Source of the DNA: Candidatus Undinarchaeota archaeon
GTDB taxonomy: Archaea > SpSt-1190 > JASMDC01
Assembly: GCA_964519305.1 (NCBI GenBank)
Contig: CAZFHY010000013.1
Span: forward strand, 32,001-96,000
Reading direction: 5' to 3'
DNA: 64,000 nucleotides
A program made the translations under genes and the position numbers. A model generated the notes under the pieces. That model was not told the origin of the DNA, searched no databases, and was given only the letters and a program-made list of their open reading frames with translations. Shown here one piece after another: positions 55,797-64,000 of this stretch; within the stretch, counting starts at the first letter, position 1, and the number at the start of each line of letters is the position of its first letter.

Positions 55797-56642
55797 ATGG
55801 AGGAGGGCTTGACAATGGGACACAAGGAAGATATGCAGGAGCAGGACAAGAAGATCAAACTAACACTTGACCGCATCAAGCATAAGATAGCCATCATGAG
55901 CGGCAAGGGCGGTGTAGGTAAGACTTCGGTCACCGTGAACCTGGCCGCGGCATTCACTGCCAAGGGATTGCGCGTGGGCGTTCTAGATGCGGATATCCAT
56001 GGACCAAATGTACCAAAGATGCTGGGCATGGAGGGGAAAAGGGCAACGATTGGCCCCCCGGGCATCTTCCCAGTGGAGATGGAAGGAGGCATCCCCGTCA
56101 TGTCCATAGCATTCCTCCTCAGCGAGGATGACGCCCCCGTCATCTGGCGGGGCCCTGTCAAGATGGGTGCCCTGCGACAGTTCGTCTCTGACGTGGCATG
56201 GGGTGACCTGGACATCCTCTTGGTTGACCTCCCACCGGGAACCGGTGATGAGCCGCTGACCGTGATGCAGACCATACCATTGGACGGAGTGGTTATCGTC
56301 TCGACTCCTCAGGACGTGGCACTTCTGGACTCGCGCAAGACCATCAACATGGCTAATCATGTGAATATACCCGTGCTAGGACTCGTGGAGAACATGGCTG
56401 GATTCGTGTGCCCTGAGTGCGGTACTGAGAGTCATATCTTCGGAGCTGGTGGCGTTGCCAGAGCCGCGAGGGATTATGGTGTGGACCACCTCGGCACCAT
56501 CCCCCTCTCGCTCGACATGCGCACATCGGGGGATGCAGGGAATCCCCTCGTCACGAAGAATCCGGAGGCTCTCGCATCACAGCATGTCATTAGGATAGCC
56601 GAGGCAATTCAGAAGAAGCTGAAGTTGGATGGATTCACATGA
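55797..56642 (+). CDS. Mrp/NBP35 (ApbC) Fe-S carrier ATPase
   Basis: SGKGGVGK, DADIHGP, WRGP, DLPPGTGD and ENM...CPEC. Start may be 55815. Confidence 0.92.
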   Translation: MEEGLTMGHKEDMQEQDKKIKLTLDRIKHKIAIMSGKGGVGKTSVTVNLAAAFTAKGLRVGVLDADIHGPNVPKMLGMEGKRATIGPPGIFPVEMEGGIPVMSIAFLLSEDDAPVIWRGPVKMGALRQFVSDVAWGDLDILLVDLPPGTGDEPLTVMQTIPLDGVVIVSTPQDVALLDSRKTINMANHVNIPVLGLVENMAGFVCPECGTESHIFGAGGVARAARDYGVDHLGTIPLSLDMRTSGDAGNPLVTKNPEALASQHVIRIAEAIQKKLKLDGFT

Positions 56643-56685
56643 TAATATCGCTCAAGTAACGCGCATTCCAAACCGGAGGGATTTT

Positions 56686-57102
56686 ATGGCCGAAATAGAA
56701 CCCGCTAGCGGTGTGGAGGAACTACTGAGGAAGGCTGGTTACTCACAGAGAGCAATCCGGTATTATATAGAAAAGGTCAACGTTGGAGTGCTGCCCGAGC
56801 CGTGCGTTCGACATGCTTACACGGGTCCCTGCGGTGACACCGTTGAAGTGTTTCTCCACATTGACAAAGGCACCATAAAGGCCGCTCGGTTCGAGGCTAT
56901 TGGAGGGGTGGGGGCGTTCATTTCAAGTTCCGCCCTTATCGATCTCATCATCAACGGAACTGTGGATAATGCTGAGCGGATAACCACCGATGACGTCATC
57001 GACCATCTTGGTGCGATCCCCAAGGCTAAGACCCACTGCGCATTGCTCGCGGTGACCACTCTGAAGAGGGCTCTCAAGATATATCGTGAGGAGATTGTCT
57101 GA
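56686..57102 (+). CDS. NifU/IscU-like scaffold protein
   Basis: GPCGD and K.HCA.LA motifs; GGAGGG RBS upstream of ATG 56686. Confidence 0.8.
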   Translation: MAEIEPASGVEELLRKAGYSQRAIRYYIEKVNVGVLPEPCVRHAYTGPCGDTVEVFLHIDKGTIKAARFEAIGGVGAFISSSALIDLIINGTVDNAERITTDDVIDHLGAIPKAKTHCALLAVTTLKRALKIYREEIV

Positions 57103-57125
57103 CAGGGCCGACGTACCGTTGAGAC

Positions 57126-57428
57126 CTACTCTTCTGCCACCACTCGTATGGCGCGGCCGTACACCAACGCCTCGGCAACCTTGCGCCGCGCTTCCCGGAG
57201 GGTGCGCCAGATAGTACCACGAGAGACGCCCATTCGGTTTCCGGCCATCTCTTGAGAGAGGTCCTCCAGGTCCACGAGACGCAGAGCCTCGATCTCCTTG
57301 GGGGTGAGCTCTACATCCCCAGAGCCCCCCTCCTTGTCCGGGGTGAACTTGCGACATGCTGGCCACACTTCGATGGTCACGTCCTTGGGGCAGCGGCCCC
57401 TCCGATGCTCCCGTCGTCCCCAGCGCAT
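57126..57428 (-). CDS. DUF134 (UPF0251) DNA-binding protein
   Basis: EIEALRLVD...LSQE.A...MGVSR.T..R.L..AR.KVA.AL..G. Confidence 0.88.
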   Translation of the reverse strand: MRWGRREHRRGRCPKDVTIEVWPACRKFTPDKEGGSGDVELTPKEIEALRLVDLEDLSQEMAGNRMGVSRGTIWRTLREARRKVAEALVYGRAIRVVAEE

Positions 57429-57518
57429 GTGTTCCCTCGATCGCCCTCGAAATAAAAATGTTAGCCCTCGACGCGAATCGGGACCTAATCGTCCGGGGGG
57501 ATTGGCCTCTGACGGGAT

Positions 57519-57875
57519 CTATCCCTCCTTCTGCTCGTGCGTCTGATTCTCGCGCAGCTCCTCCAGCGCAATCCTCTCCGATCGCAGCGCCTCGATCTCC
57601 ACGTCGATGGCTGCCATCTCGGCATCGATGTCCTCTTCGGTCCGTGGAAGGGCCATTGCTAAGTCCCTCTCAGGCGGAGCGGACGACATTCTTCCGTGGC
57701 AGGAGCCTCGTCCGTGTCTTTGTCCTCTTCCATATCCACTACCACGTCCACGACCGCATAATCCTCGTCGGAGCCCGCTCCTTAGAAGCGACACGGTCTC
57801 GGAATTGCATGGCCCAAGGCCACGTCCTGTCAGGGAACCGCGGCCCCCGGGCCCTGTTCCATCTCTTGCTGGCAT
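57519..57875 (-). CDS. DUF5320-like Gly/Arg-rich protein
   Basis: MP..DGTGP.G.G..TGRG.G.C N-terminus and a C-terminal coiled coil. Confidence 0.75.
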   Translation of the reverse strand: MPARDGTGPGGRGSLTGRGLGPCNSETVSLLRSGLRRGLCGRGRGSGYGRGQRHGRGSCHGRMSSAPPERDLAMALPRTEEDIDAEMAAIDVEIEALRSERIALEELRENQTHEQKEG

Positions 57876-58011
57876 TGTAGTTACACCTCATTTCGTGTTT
57901 ATGCACGTTGTTATTTATGTGATATTGCTCGAAATATAAATACTTTTCGTGCTATGACACATATTGGACGGAACATCTCAATAAGCAGCCCGGCCTATAT
58001 GATGTAATGAC

Positions 58012-59610
58012 CTAAGCCAGGTAGAGGATGACGAGCCCCATGCATGTGATGACCGTGGAGCTCGCCAGCGAGATGCGGCGGGCCCACACAGGCGTGCTGC
58101 TCCCAAGGACCCGTTGCATCACCGAGGTGAAGGCAACTGCAGCGACACCGATACCAATAAGCGTGGTCGATACCCCGAGACTGAAGGCAAGGAGCACGGT
58201 GATGCCTTCGGCGAACCTGCCCCGGGAGACCGCGACGATAAGGAGGGCCAGCGCCGCGGGGCAGGGCACGATCCCCCCCGCCATGCCCAGCGAGATGAGC
58301 TCCCTGAAGTTCCTGCGCGAGCCCTTGTCGGACGGCAGGTGGTCATGCTCATGTTCGTGGTCATGGTCGTCGTCGTGCGCGTGCTCCCCGTGCTCGTGCC
58401 CATGGTGATGATGGTGCGTCTCGCCCCGCCAGGCGCGGCGGAACATCCAAAGCCCGACGATGGTAACCAGTGTACCTGAAAGCAGGCTGAGGGCATGTGA
58501 GATCACCTCGGGGAGGAAGTACTCGGACGCAGAGAGGGCGAGCACGGCCAGGGTGAGGACGCCGACCGTATGGGTGACGGTGGCCGTGAGCCCGAGGACC
58601 ACGGCATCGGTCAGGCGTGCCCCGGTCCCGACGAGGTAGGTCACGACGAGGGTCTTCCCGTGGCCGGGCTCCAGGCCGTGCAGCGCTCCCGTTAGGAACG
58701 CGCCACCGAGCAGGAAGGCGAACCAGACGAACGAGCGTTCCTCCTCGCGCTGCCCCACCCCTGTTCCCCTAGCGATCATGGGCACCCGGACCGATGCACC
58801 CCGGGTGAGAGGCACGGTGAGGTTCAGGACGGCCCGGGATGGGCGGGACAGGTCCTCGCTGATCCTCACGGGGACCCTGACGGCCGTCGCGGTCGTGGCG
58901 TTCGCCTGAGCCGGGGCTATAAGGAGGGAGAAGTCGCCGTGGGATAGCTGTGCCCCCTCCTCCCCCCGTTCGAGGATGAAACCATCGGACAAGGAGCTTC
59001 CACCAATGACGTCGACCGTTACAAGGAGGGTGGCGTCAGGCCCTTCCCAGGGATCCATGACTATATCAAATCCTACGTCCCGCATACCGCCGTAGTTAAG
59101 CTCGACTGGCGGGTCCGCCGGTGGTGTCAGCGTCTCGGTGTGGTCGGTGTCCACCATGGAGACATCGGCCCGGAGGGTGGTGAGGAGGAGCGGTGCAACC
59201 TGGGAGTTGTTGGTGAACATCACAAGCGGGAACCGGACCCCGGCCATACGTCCCCCTGATGGGATGTAGGAGAAGGAAGGGACGTCCCACTGGGCCGTTG
59301 CGGGACGGAGCGCGGCCAGAACGGTCTCGCCCGGGTCCGCTGAGCCGTCACTATTCGTATCGGCCCATGCAGTGACCCGCAGGAGCTGGACCTGGTGTCT
59401 GACCAGGCTCCCGTTGGCGTTAACAGCGTGGAACTCCAAGAACGGTCCTACGGGATGGAACCGTCCGAGCGTCGAGTTGGACTGTACGGTGACGTCACGA
59501 CCATGGTATGATGCGACCGCACCGCCCCCCTCCGAGCTCAGCAGGCGGATGGGAGGGTGGCAGACGCTCAGGATTAGGATGAGTAGGAAGGTCAGGACGA
59601 GTCGTCTCAT
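58012..59610 (-). CDS. RcnA/NiCoT-like Ni/Co transporter with large N-terminal ectodomain
   Basis: GALHGLEPGHGK, T.THT.GV, a His-rich loop and GG.VPCP.A; preceded by a signal peptide and a ~270-aa domain. Confidence 0.8.
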   Translation of the reverse strand: MRRLVLTFLLILILSVCHPPIRLLSSEGGGAVASYHGRDVTVQSNSTLGRFHPVGPFLEFHAVNANGSLVRHQVQLLRVTAWADTNSDGSADPGETVLAALRPATAQWDVPSFSYIPSGGRMAGVRFPLVMFTNNSQVAPLLLTTLRADVSMVDTDHTETLTPPADPPVELNYGGMRDVGFDIVMDPWEGPDATLLVTVDVIGGSSLSDGFILERGEEGAQLSHGDFSLLIAPAQANATTATAVRVPVRISEDLSRPSRAVLNLTVPLTRGASVRVPMIARGTGVGQREEERSFVWFAFLLGGAFLTGALHGLEPGHGKTLVVTYLVGTGARLTDAVVLGLTATVTHTVGVLTLAVLALSASEYFLPEVISHALSLLSGTLVTIVGLWMFRRAWRGETHHHHHGHEHGEHAHDDDHDHEHEHDHLPSDKGSRRNFRELISLGMAGGIVPCPAALALLIVAVSRGRFAEGITVLLAFSLGVSTTLIGIGVAAVAFTSVMQRVLGSSTPVWARRISLASSTVITCMGLVILYLA

Positions 59611-60428
59611 GATGAACTGCCCCCGCCACGCCGGAATTGGTCCCGGACCTCCCGGGCGGCCCCCGGGGAGAGCACGACTGGAGGATGCTGAATCCCGAGC
59701 ATGGAGAGGACCCTGACAGATGAGGGCGGCTCCAGACCGTTCCTCTCAAGCAGCTCGACGTCGGCCAGAACCTCGTCCACCGGCCCGTCAGCGACGATGC
59801 GACCGTCCGCGAGCACTACCACACGGTCACAGAGCTCCGCCACCATGTCAATGTCGTGGCTGGCGATTATCTTGGTAAGTCGCATCCCGCGCAGGAGCTC
59901 GATGATCTCGCGCCGCGCTCGTGGATCGACGTTGCTAGTAGGCTCGTCGAGGACGAGGAGGCTCGGCTCCATGGAGAGCACCGTGGCGAGGGCGATGCGC
60001 TTTCTCTCGCCGAGGCTCAGATGGAACGGAGAACGACCCCCGTACCCCGCCATCCCCACCTTCTCGAGGGCAGCATCGACACGCTTCGGGATATCGTCAG
60101 GCGGTACGCCCAGGTTCAACGGTCCGAACGCGACGTCATCGAACACGGTGGGGGAGAACAGCTGGTCGTCCGGGTCCTGGAACACCAGACCCACCCGGCG
60201 GCGCACCTCAGGGAGGTTCTCCCGGAGGACGGGCAGGCCGTCGATGTGGACGCGGTCCGAAGTTTCCAGAACGCCGTTGAGGTGGAGCAGGAGGGTGGAC
60301 TTCCCCGCCCCGTTGGGTCCTAGCAGCGCCACCGACTCCCCCTCCTCGATGCAAAGGTCCACGTTACGCAGGGCGCGGGTGCCGTCGGGGTAGGTATAGC
60401 TCAAACCCGTCACATCCACGGCCTTCAC
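59607..60428 (-). CDS. cbiO: ECF Co/Ni transporter ATPase
   Basis: GPNGAGKST, VFQDPDDQLF, LS.GE and LDEP. Confidence 0.9.
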   Translation of the reverse strand: MKAVDVTGLSYTYPDGTRALRNVDLCIEEGESVALLGPNGAGKSTLLLHLNGVLETSDRVHIDGLPVLRENLPEVRRRVGLVFQDPDDQLFSPTVFDDVAFGPLNLGVPPDDIPKRVDAALEKVGMAGYGGRSPFHLSLGERKRIALATVLSMEPSLLVLDEPTSNVDPRARREIIELLRGMRLTKIIASHDIDMVAELCDRVVVLADGRIVADGPVDEVLADVELLERNGLEPPSSVRVLSMLGIQHPPVVLSPGAAREVRDQFRRGGGSSS

Positions 60429-61192
60429 GGTGTCACCCCCACGACGCAAGCAAGGACGAGCACCATCACCAAGGAGGCCGCCACGTCCCTCGACGCCAGT
60501 TCCTGTCGTTCGAGCATGGGCAGCTCGCCAGCGTAGCCGCGTGCTGCCATGGCGAGGTACACCCGCTCCCCGCGTTCGTACGAGCGGATGAAGAGGCTCC
60601 CCAAGAGTCCACCGGCGGTCCGTGCGTGCCACATGAACCCTTCATTCCCGATGGAGCGGGACGTCCGGGCCCGGACAAGGCGCATGAGCTCGTCCTGTAT
60701 GATGAAGAGGTAGCGGTACATGAAGGCGAGTACTTGGGCCATGATCCGTGGCACGCCCAGTGAACGGGCTCCGCCAAGTAGTGAGGGGAAGGGAGTAGTG
60801 GACACCATCAATAGCATGGTGATGGCCGAGAGCCAGGACTTCACGAGCACGTTCCATACGACGAGGAGGCCCGCTCGCGGGACCTCGAAGCCGGCCCCGA
60901 GTGGGACGTAGCCATCAGTCCCGGGCTCCAGGAACGGGGCCCCGAGGGCGACGGCGAGCACGAAGGGGAGCACCACTAGGGAGCGGCGGAGGACGAAGCC
61001 GGCGGGCACACCGGAGACGGTGAGCGTGACGGCCAAGAGCATACCCACCCCCGCGAACCGTGCTGTGTTTGTAGGAGGGGTGAGCACCACCAGAAGGATG
61101 GTGAGCACGGCCAACACGATCTTGGGGCACGGGTGCAGTCGCTGGACCGGGCCACTGAGGTGGGCGTACTGGTCCAAGAAGTCATGCTCCAT
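60425..61192 (-). CDS. cbiQ: ECF Co/Ni transporter T component
   Basis: MYRYLF, AR..R and LFIRSYERGERVY.AM.ARG. Confidence 0.9.
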   Translation of the reverse strand: MEHDFLDQYAHLSGPVQRLHPCPKIVLAVLTILLVVLTPPTNTARFAGVGMLLAVTLTVSGVPAGFVLRRSLVVLPFVLAVALGAPFLEPGTDGYVPLGAGFEVPRAGLLVVWNVLVKSWLSAITMLLMVSTTPFPSLLGGARSLGVPRIMAQVLAFMYRYLFIIQDELMRLVRARTSRSIGNEGFMWHARTAGGLLGSLFIRSYERGERVYLAMAARGYAGELPMLERQELASRDVAASLVMVLVLACVVGVTP

Positions 61193-61256
61193 CGCACGAT
61201 TGCTCCCACGGGCAAGCTTGAAAAAGGTTCTTACCGGGTTAAGTGGTGGCCTCTGG

Positions 61257-61583
61257 TTACTCCTCGTCCTTCTCGGTCCCTTGATCCTTCCCCTCGTCCG
61301 ACTCCTCTTCCGCTCCCTTGAGCTGTCCACCGAGGAGGATGCCCAGGCCGAACATGACCAAGGTGCCGATGATACCGGCGACGGGCCCCTTAATCGCATC
61401 ATCGAGGCCCGGTACCTCGTAGTCGGGCATGGGGGCAGTAAAGACGTCATGGCCCTCCCCCTTCTCAATGAATCCTTTGTCCTCGGCCACTCGTTCAAGA
61501 CCATCCGGGTCCGGCGAAGCGTAGGGCGAGAGGAGTGCTGCCATGATAAGAGCGATGATGAGTGCGGTGTACTTCCATTCCAT
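61257..61583 (-). CDS. PDGLE-domain (NikN-like) ECF accessory protein
   Basis: ASPDPDGLE and APMPDY motifs; two TMs. Confidence 0.88.
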   Translation of the reverse strand: MEWKYTALIIALIMAALLSPYASPDPDGLERVAEDKGFIEKGEGHDVFTAPMPDYEVPGLDDAIKGPVAGIIGTLVMFGLGILLGGQLKGAEEESDEGKDQGTEKDEE

Positions 61584-61596
61584 GACTATATCCCTC

Positions 61597-62232
61597 CTAG
61601 ACCTTCTCCAGTTCCAGCAGGTCAGGCCGCGTTCTCATGACGAATCCGACCACCCCCACCGTGATCGCTGCCTCTACCACACCGATGATGGCATGGACAC
61701 CCACCATGGCGGGCAGGACGATACCGAGCGGGGAGGTGCCGGAGAGGGCCAGCTCAACGGAAGTGGCAGCCGATGCGATGACAACCGCAAACCAGGCCGC
61801 CACCGCCGAGCCCACGAGGAGCCCGTTCTTACCACCGACAACACCCTCCACGGCCCGGAAGATATAGTAGCCGAGGATGGTGCCGATGAGGCCCATGTTC
61901 ACTATGTTCGCGCCCATAGCGAGCAGCCCACCGTCCTGGAACAGCACGGTTTGTACCGCGAACACAGAGGCCATGATGATGGTAGCGGTCCAGGGGCCCA
62001 AGAACACCGCGGCGAGCACGCCACCGAGCATGTGGCCCGAGGTGCCTGCCGCAATGGGGACGTTGAGCATCTGGCCGGCGAAGATGAACGCCGAGAGCAC
62101 CCCCATCAGGGGAACGGCCCGCTCACCGAGCCGCTTGTTGGTCTGCTGAACGGCATAGCCCACCACGCCGATGGTGACCAGCCATAGTATCCCCCATATT
62201 GGGGTCGAGAGGAATCCGTCGGGAATGTGCAT
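61597..62232 (-). CDS. cbiM: ECF Co/Ni substrate-binding component CbiM/NikM
   Basis: N-terminal MHIPDG, GTSGH, DGG...GAN and H..IG..E. Confidence 0.92.
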   Translation of the reverse strand: MHIPDGFLSTPIWGILWLVTIGVVGYAVQQTNKRLGERAVPLMGVLSAFIFAGQMLNVPIAAGTSGHMLGGVLAAVFLGPWTATIIMASVFAVQTVLFQDGGLLAMGANIVNMGLIGTILGYYIFRAVEGVVGGKNGLLVGSAVAAWFAVVIASAATSVELALSGTSPLGIVLPAMVGVHAIIGVVEAAITVGVVGFVMRTRPDLLELEKV

Positions 62233-62253
62233 ACTTAACGGGTTAAACAAGAA

Positions 62254-62280
62254 GTATTAATAATTTTCAATAAGTAACAC
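62254..62280. promoter_or_regulatory. putative NikR operator
   Basis: GTATTA-N15-TAACAC between divergent cbiM and nikR. It matches the widely spaced dyad typical of NikR sites. Confidence 0.65.
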
Positions 62281-62285
62281 CTAAC

Positions 62286-62720
62286 ATGCAGAAAAATAAC
62301 ACGGATGTTACGGATGCTGACGAGAGGATAACACGCATCGGCGTGAGCCTTCCTTCCTCCCTGCTCGAGGGTTTCGACGGCATGATCCGGGACGAGGGCT
62401 ACACCACCCGTTCCGAGGCCATCCGTGACGCCATCCGTGACGCAATGGCGCGATGGCGCGGGATGGACGGCGCGGGGCAGTACGGCTCAGCAGTGATCAC
62501 GTTCGTGTACGACCATCACGTCCCACGTGTGGCGACCGACATCCTCGACGCACAGCACGAGTACCACGACATCATCGTCACCACGGTCCACCACCATCTA
62601 TCACATGAGGAGTGCATGGAGGTGATCCTCGCCAAGGGTCCCTTTTATCAGGTCCGTTCCCTGGCCGATCGCATCCGCTCCCGGCGTGGAGTGACGCTGG
62701 TGCGGGTGATGCTCTTCTGA
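62286..62720 (+). CDS. nikR: nickel-responsive regulator NikR
   Basis: RIGVSLP..LL..FD, RSEAIRDAIR, YDHH, QH and HHH...CME. Confidence 0.92.
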   Translation: MQKNNTDVTDADERITRIGVSLPSSLLEGFDGMIRDEGYTTRSEAIRDAIRDAMARWRGMDGAGQYGSAVITFVYDHHVPRVATDILDAQHEYHDIIVTTVHHHLSHEECMEVILAKGPFYQVRSLADRIRSRRGVTLVRVMLF

Positions 62721-63466
62721 ACCGCGGCCTACACCGGCTCGTGCTATCAGAAATCTTAAAAAACAGACAGACATCAAGGCATCCGATGCTCCAGTATAGG
62801 GGTAGGACGGAGTCTGTTCCAAGGACAGCCGGGAGGACGACATATCGGAAATGCTCCCTGCTCCTACTTATCGCCTTGGCGGTAGGTGTCACCGGTTGCA
62901 CCCGGGCCCCAGAGCAGAATGTGCAGATGGTAGAGTTCCTGAGTGGCCACTATCCCAAGGGCAGCTCCGGAGAGGGCATCTCGACGCGATGGATGGCGGC
63001 CAACTCCACATCGGTGCTAATGAACGTCCAGGTCAAGAGAGGATCGATCTGCGAGGTCTTCGTGAACGGCACGTTCAGCGTCTCGGGCCAGGACATACGG
63101 GTGAATCTCATCAACGGCAGGGCCCACGAGTGTATGCCCTGCCCACATAGGATGAAGGCGCAACGGATGCATAACGTCACGCTCGGAACGGTGGTCCAGG
63201 ACACGCTGATGAGGCTGCCCGATCCAGGAGTGAATCCCGGTATGGACGTGCGCGTCGACGTTACCATTGATGGCAACGCAACCTTCACGACGACGCTACC
63301 CGTCCGGGCACAGTGAGCAAACCGGACGCGCGGATCTTGGAGACTACGGACACCTCGCCATGCACACCCCGCTTCCCTCGCAGGCCAGAGGATTGCCGAC
63401 GAGCCCTCGGGCCTGACAGAGGATCGCAAGACCCGACCGAACCGCGGCCTACACGGGCTCGTGCTA
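62719..63466 (+). repeat. 28-bp direct repeat pair, 720 bp apart
   Basis: GAACCGCGGCCTACAC[C/G]GGCTCGTGCTA at 62719-62746 and 63439-63466, with one mismatch. Confidence 0.85.
62786..63316 (+). CDS. hypothetical lipoprotein
   Basis: LLLLIALAVGVTGC lipobox and a beta-rich body with NxS/T sequons. Start uncertain. Confidence 0.6.
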   Translation: MLQYRGRTESVPRTAGRTTYRKCSLLLLIALAVGVTGCTRAPEQNVQMVEFLSGHYPKGSSGEGISTRWMAANSTSVLMNVQVKRGSICEVFVNGTFSVSGQDIRVNLINGRAHECMPCPHRMKAQRMHNVTLGTVVQDTLMRLPDPGVNPGMDVRVDVTIDGNATFTTTLPVRAQ

Positions 63467-63699
63467 CTCATGGTGTCGGAGCACCGAGTCGCGGGTGAAC
63501 ATGTTCGGGGGGCGGAAGGCCTATCCCAGTGGGCCACCCGGGACCAGCAATATCTAACTGATCCTGCATTATGTCGCATGTCATCGGTCGAACGACAAGT
63601 AGAGGTATCAAAGTCTACCCTTTCGAATGACATACCGCATTATGATGCATCATCCTGCCGAGGCATAACGCTTTAACGTTCGAAGCCCTATCCGGTGGC

Positions 63700-64000
63700 A
63701 TGTGCGGTCGCGCCCTTGCCCTTGTCCTCATCCTCATACTCCTTCCCGCGTCGTCCTGGCTGCAGGTCGCCACGCTGGGACTCGGCCCCGTCAACGCCGC
63801 CGCCGCCGACGGGAGGCTTTTCGTGGCCCACGCCGACGGCAGGGTGCGGGCGTGGGAGCCCGACGGCACCCTCGCGGGCGAACTGCGCGGGCACACGGGC
63901 GGTGTCATGGACGTAGCGGCCGCCGGCAGCGTGGTGCTCACCGCCTCCAAGGACGGCACCGTCGGCGTGTGGGACTCAACAAGCCTCGCGCTCGTCCGCA
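63700..64000 (+). CDS. secreted WD40-repeat protein (partial, runs off window)
   Basis: Own translation: MCGRALALVLILILLPASSW...LRGHTGGVMDV...LTASKDGTVGVWD, a signal peptide plus a canonical GH...WD repeat. Confidence 0.8.
   Translation, partial: MCGRALALVLILILLPASSWLQVATLGLGPVNAAAADGRLFVAHADGRVRAWEPDGTLAGELRGHTGGVMDVAAAGSVVLTASKDGTVGVWDSTSLALVR

Noticed and set aside
54146-57102. Nitrogen fixation genes
   Set aside because: Only NifX-like and NifU-like domains are present; there is no nifH, nifD or nifK.
58340-58420. Short repeats suggesting a tandem array
   Set aside because: They encode the His/Asp/Glu-rich loop of the RcnA-like protein.
63467-63699. Possible structured ncRNA in the long spacer before the WD40 gene
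   Set aside because: I could not identify a convincing stem set or known motif.
1-64000. CRISPR arrays, tRNA/rRNA genes, transposases, integrases, inteins
   Set aside because: None recognised by eye. A short or intron-containing tRNA could have been missed without a covariance search.

Overview
A ~60% GC archaeal chromosome segment; the lineage cannot be fixed from the sequence alone. Archaeal markers are AglB with WWDYG, AglH, an archaeal/eukaryote-type GlyRS, an archaeal Cmk, an archaeal RNase P RNA and TATA-type promoters. In order, the window holds: two tandem GT-C-like membrane proteins; two tandem multi-TM proteins with degenerate KaiC/RecA-like domains; type II PanK, an M14 peptidase, YjbQ, cmk, rnpB and glyS; an aglB-aglH-B12 radical SAM-GT-C operon; a low-GC amino-acid permease insert that truncates a resident gene; an ssnA-preA-codA nucleobase catabolism cluster; a 13.7 kb redox operon; an orange-protein-like Fe-S/NifX/Mrp cluster; and a NikR-CbiMNQO-RcnA-like nickel locus. 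The most striking feature is the redox operon. Beside an intact HdrA, a second HdrA is split inside its inserted ferredoxin domain by a NuoE-NuoF-NuoG(N) (HydCBA-like) module, giving HdrA(N)::NuoE, NuoF and NuoG(N)::HdrA(C). FlxDCBA and a group 3c MvhDGA hydrogenase follow, and no hdrBC lies in the window. All calls come from motif recognition by eye; no database searches were run.
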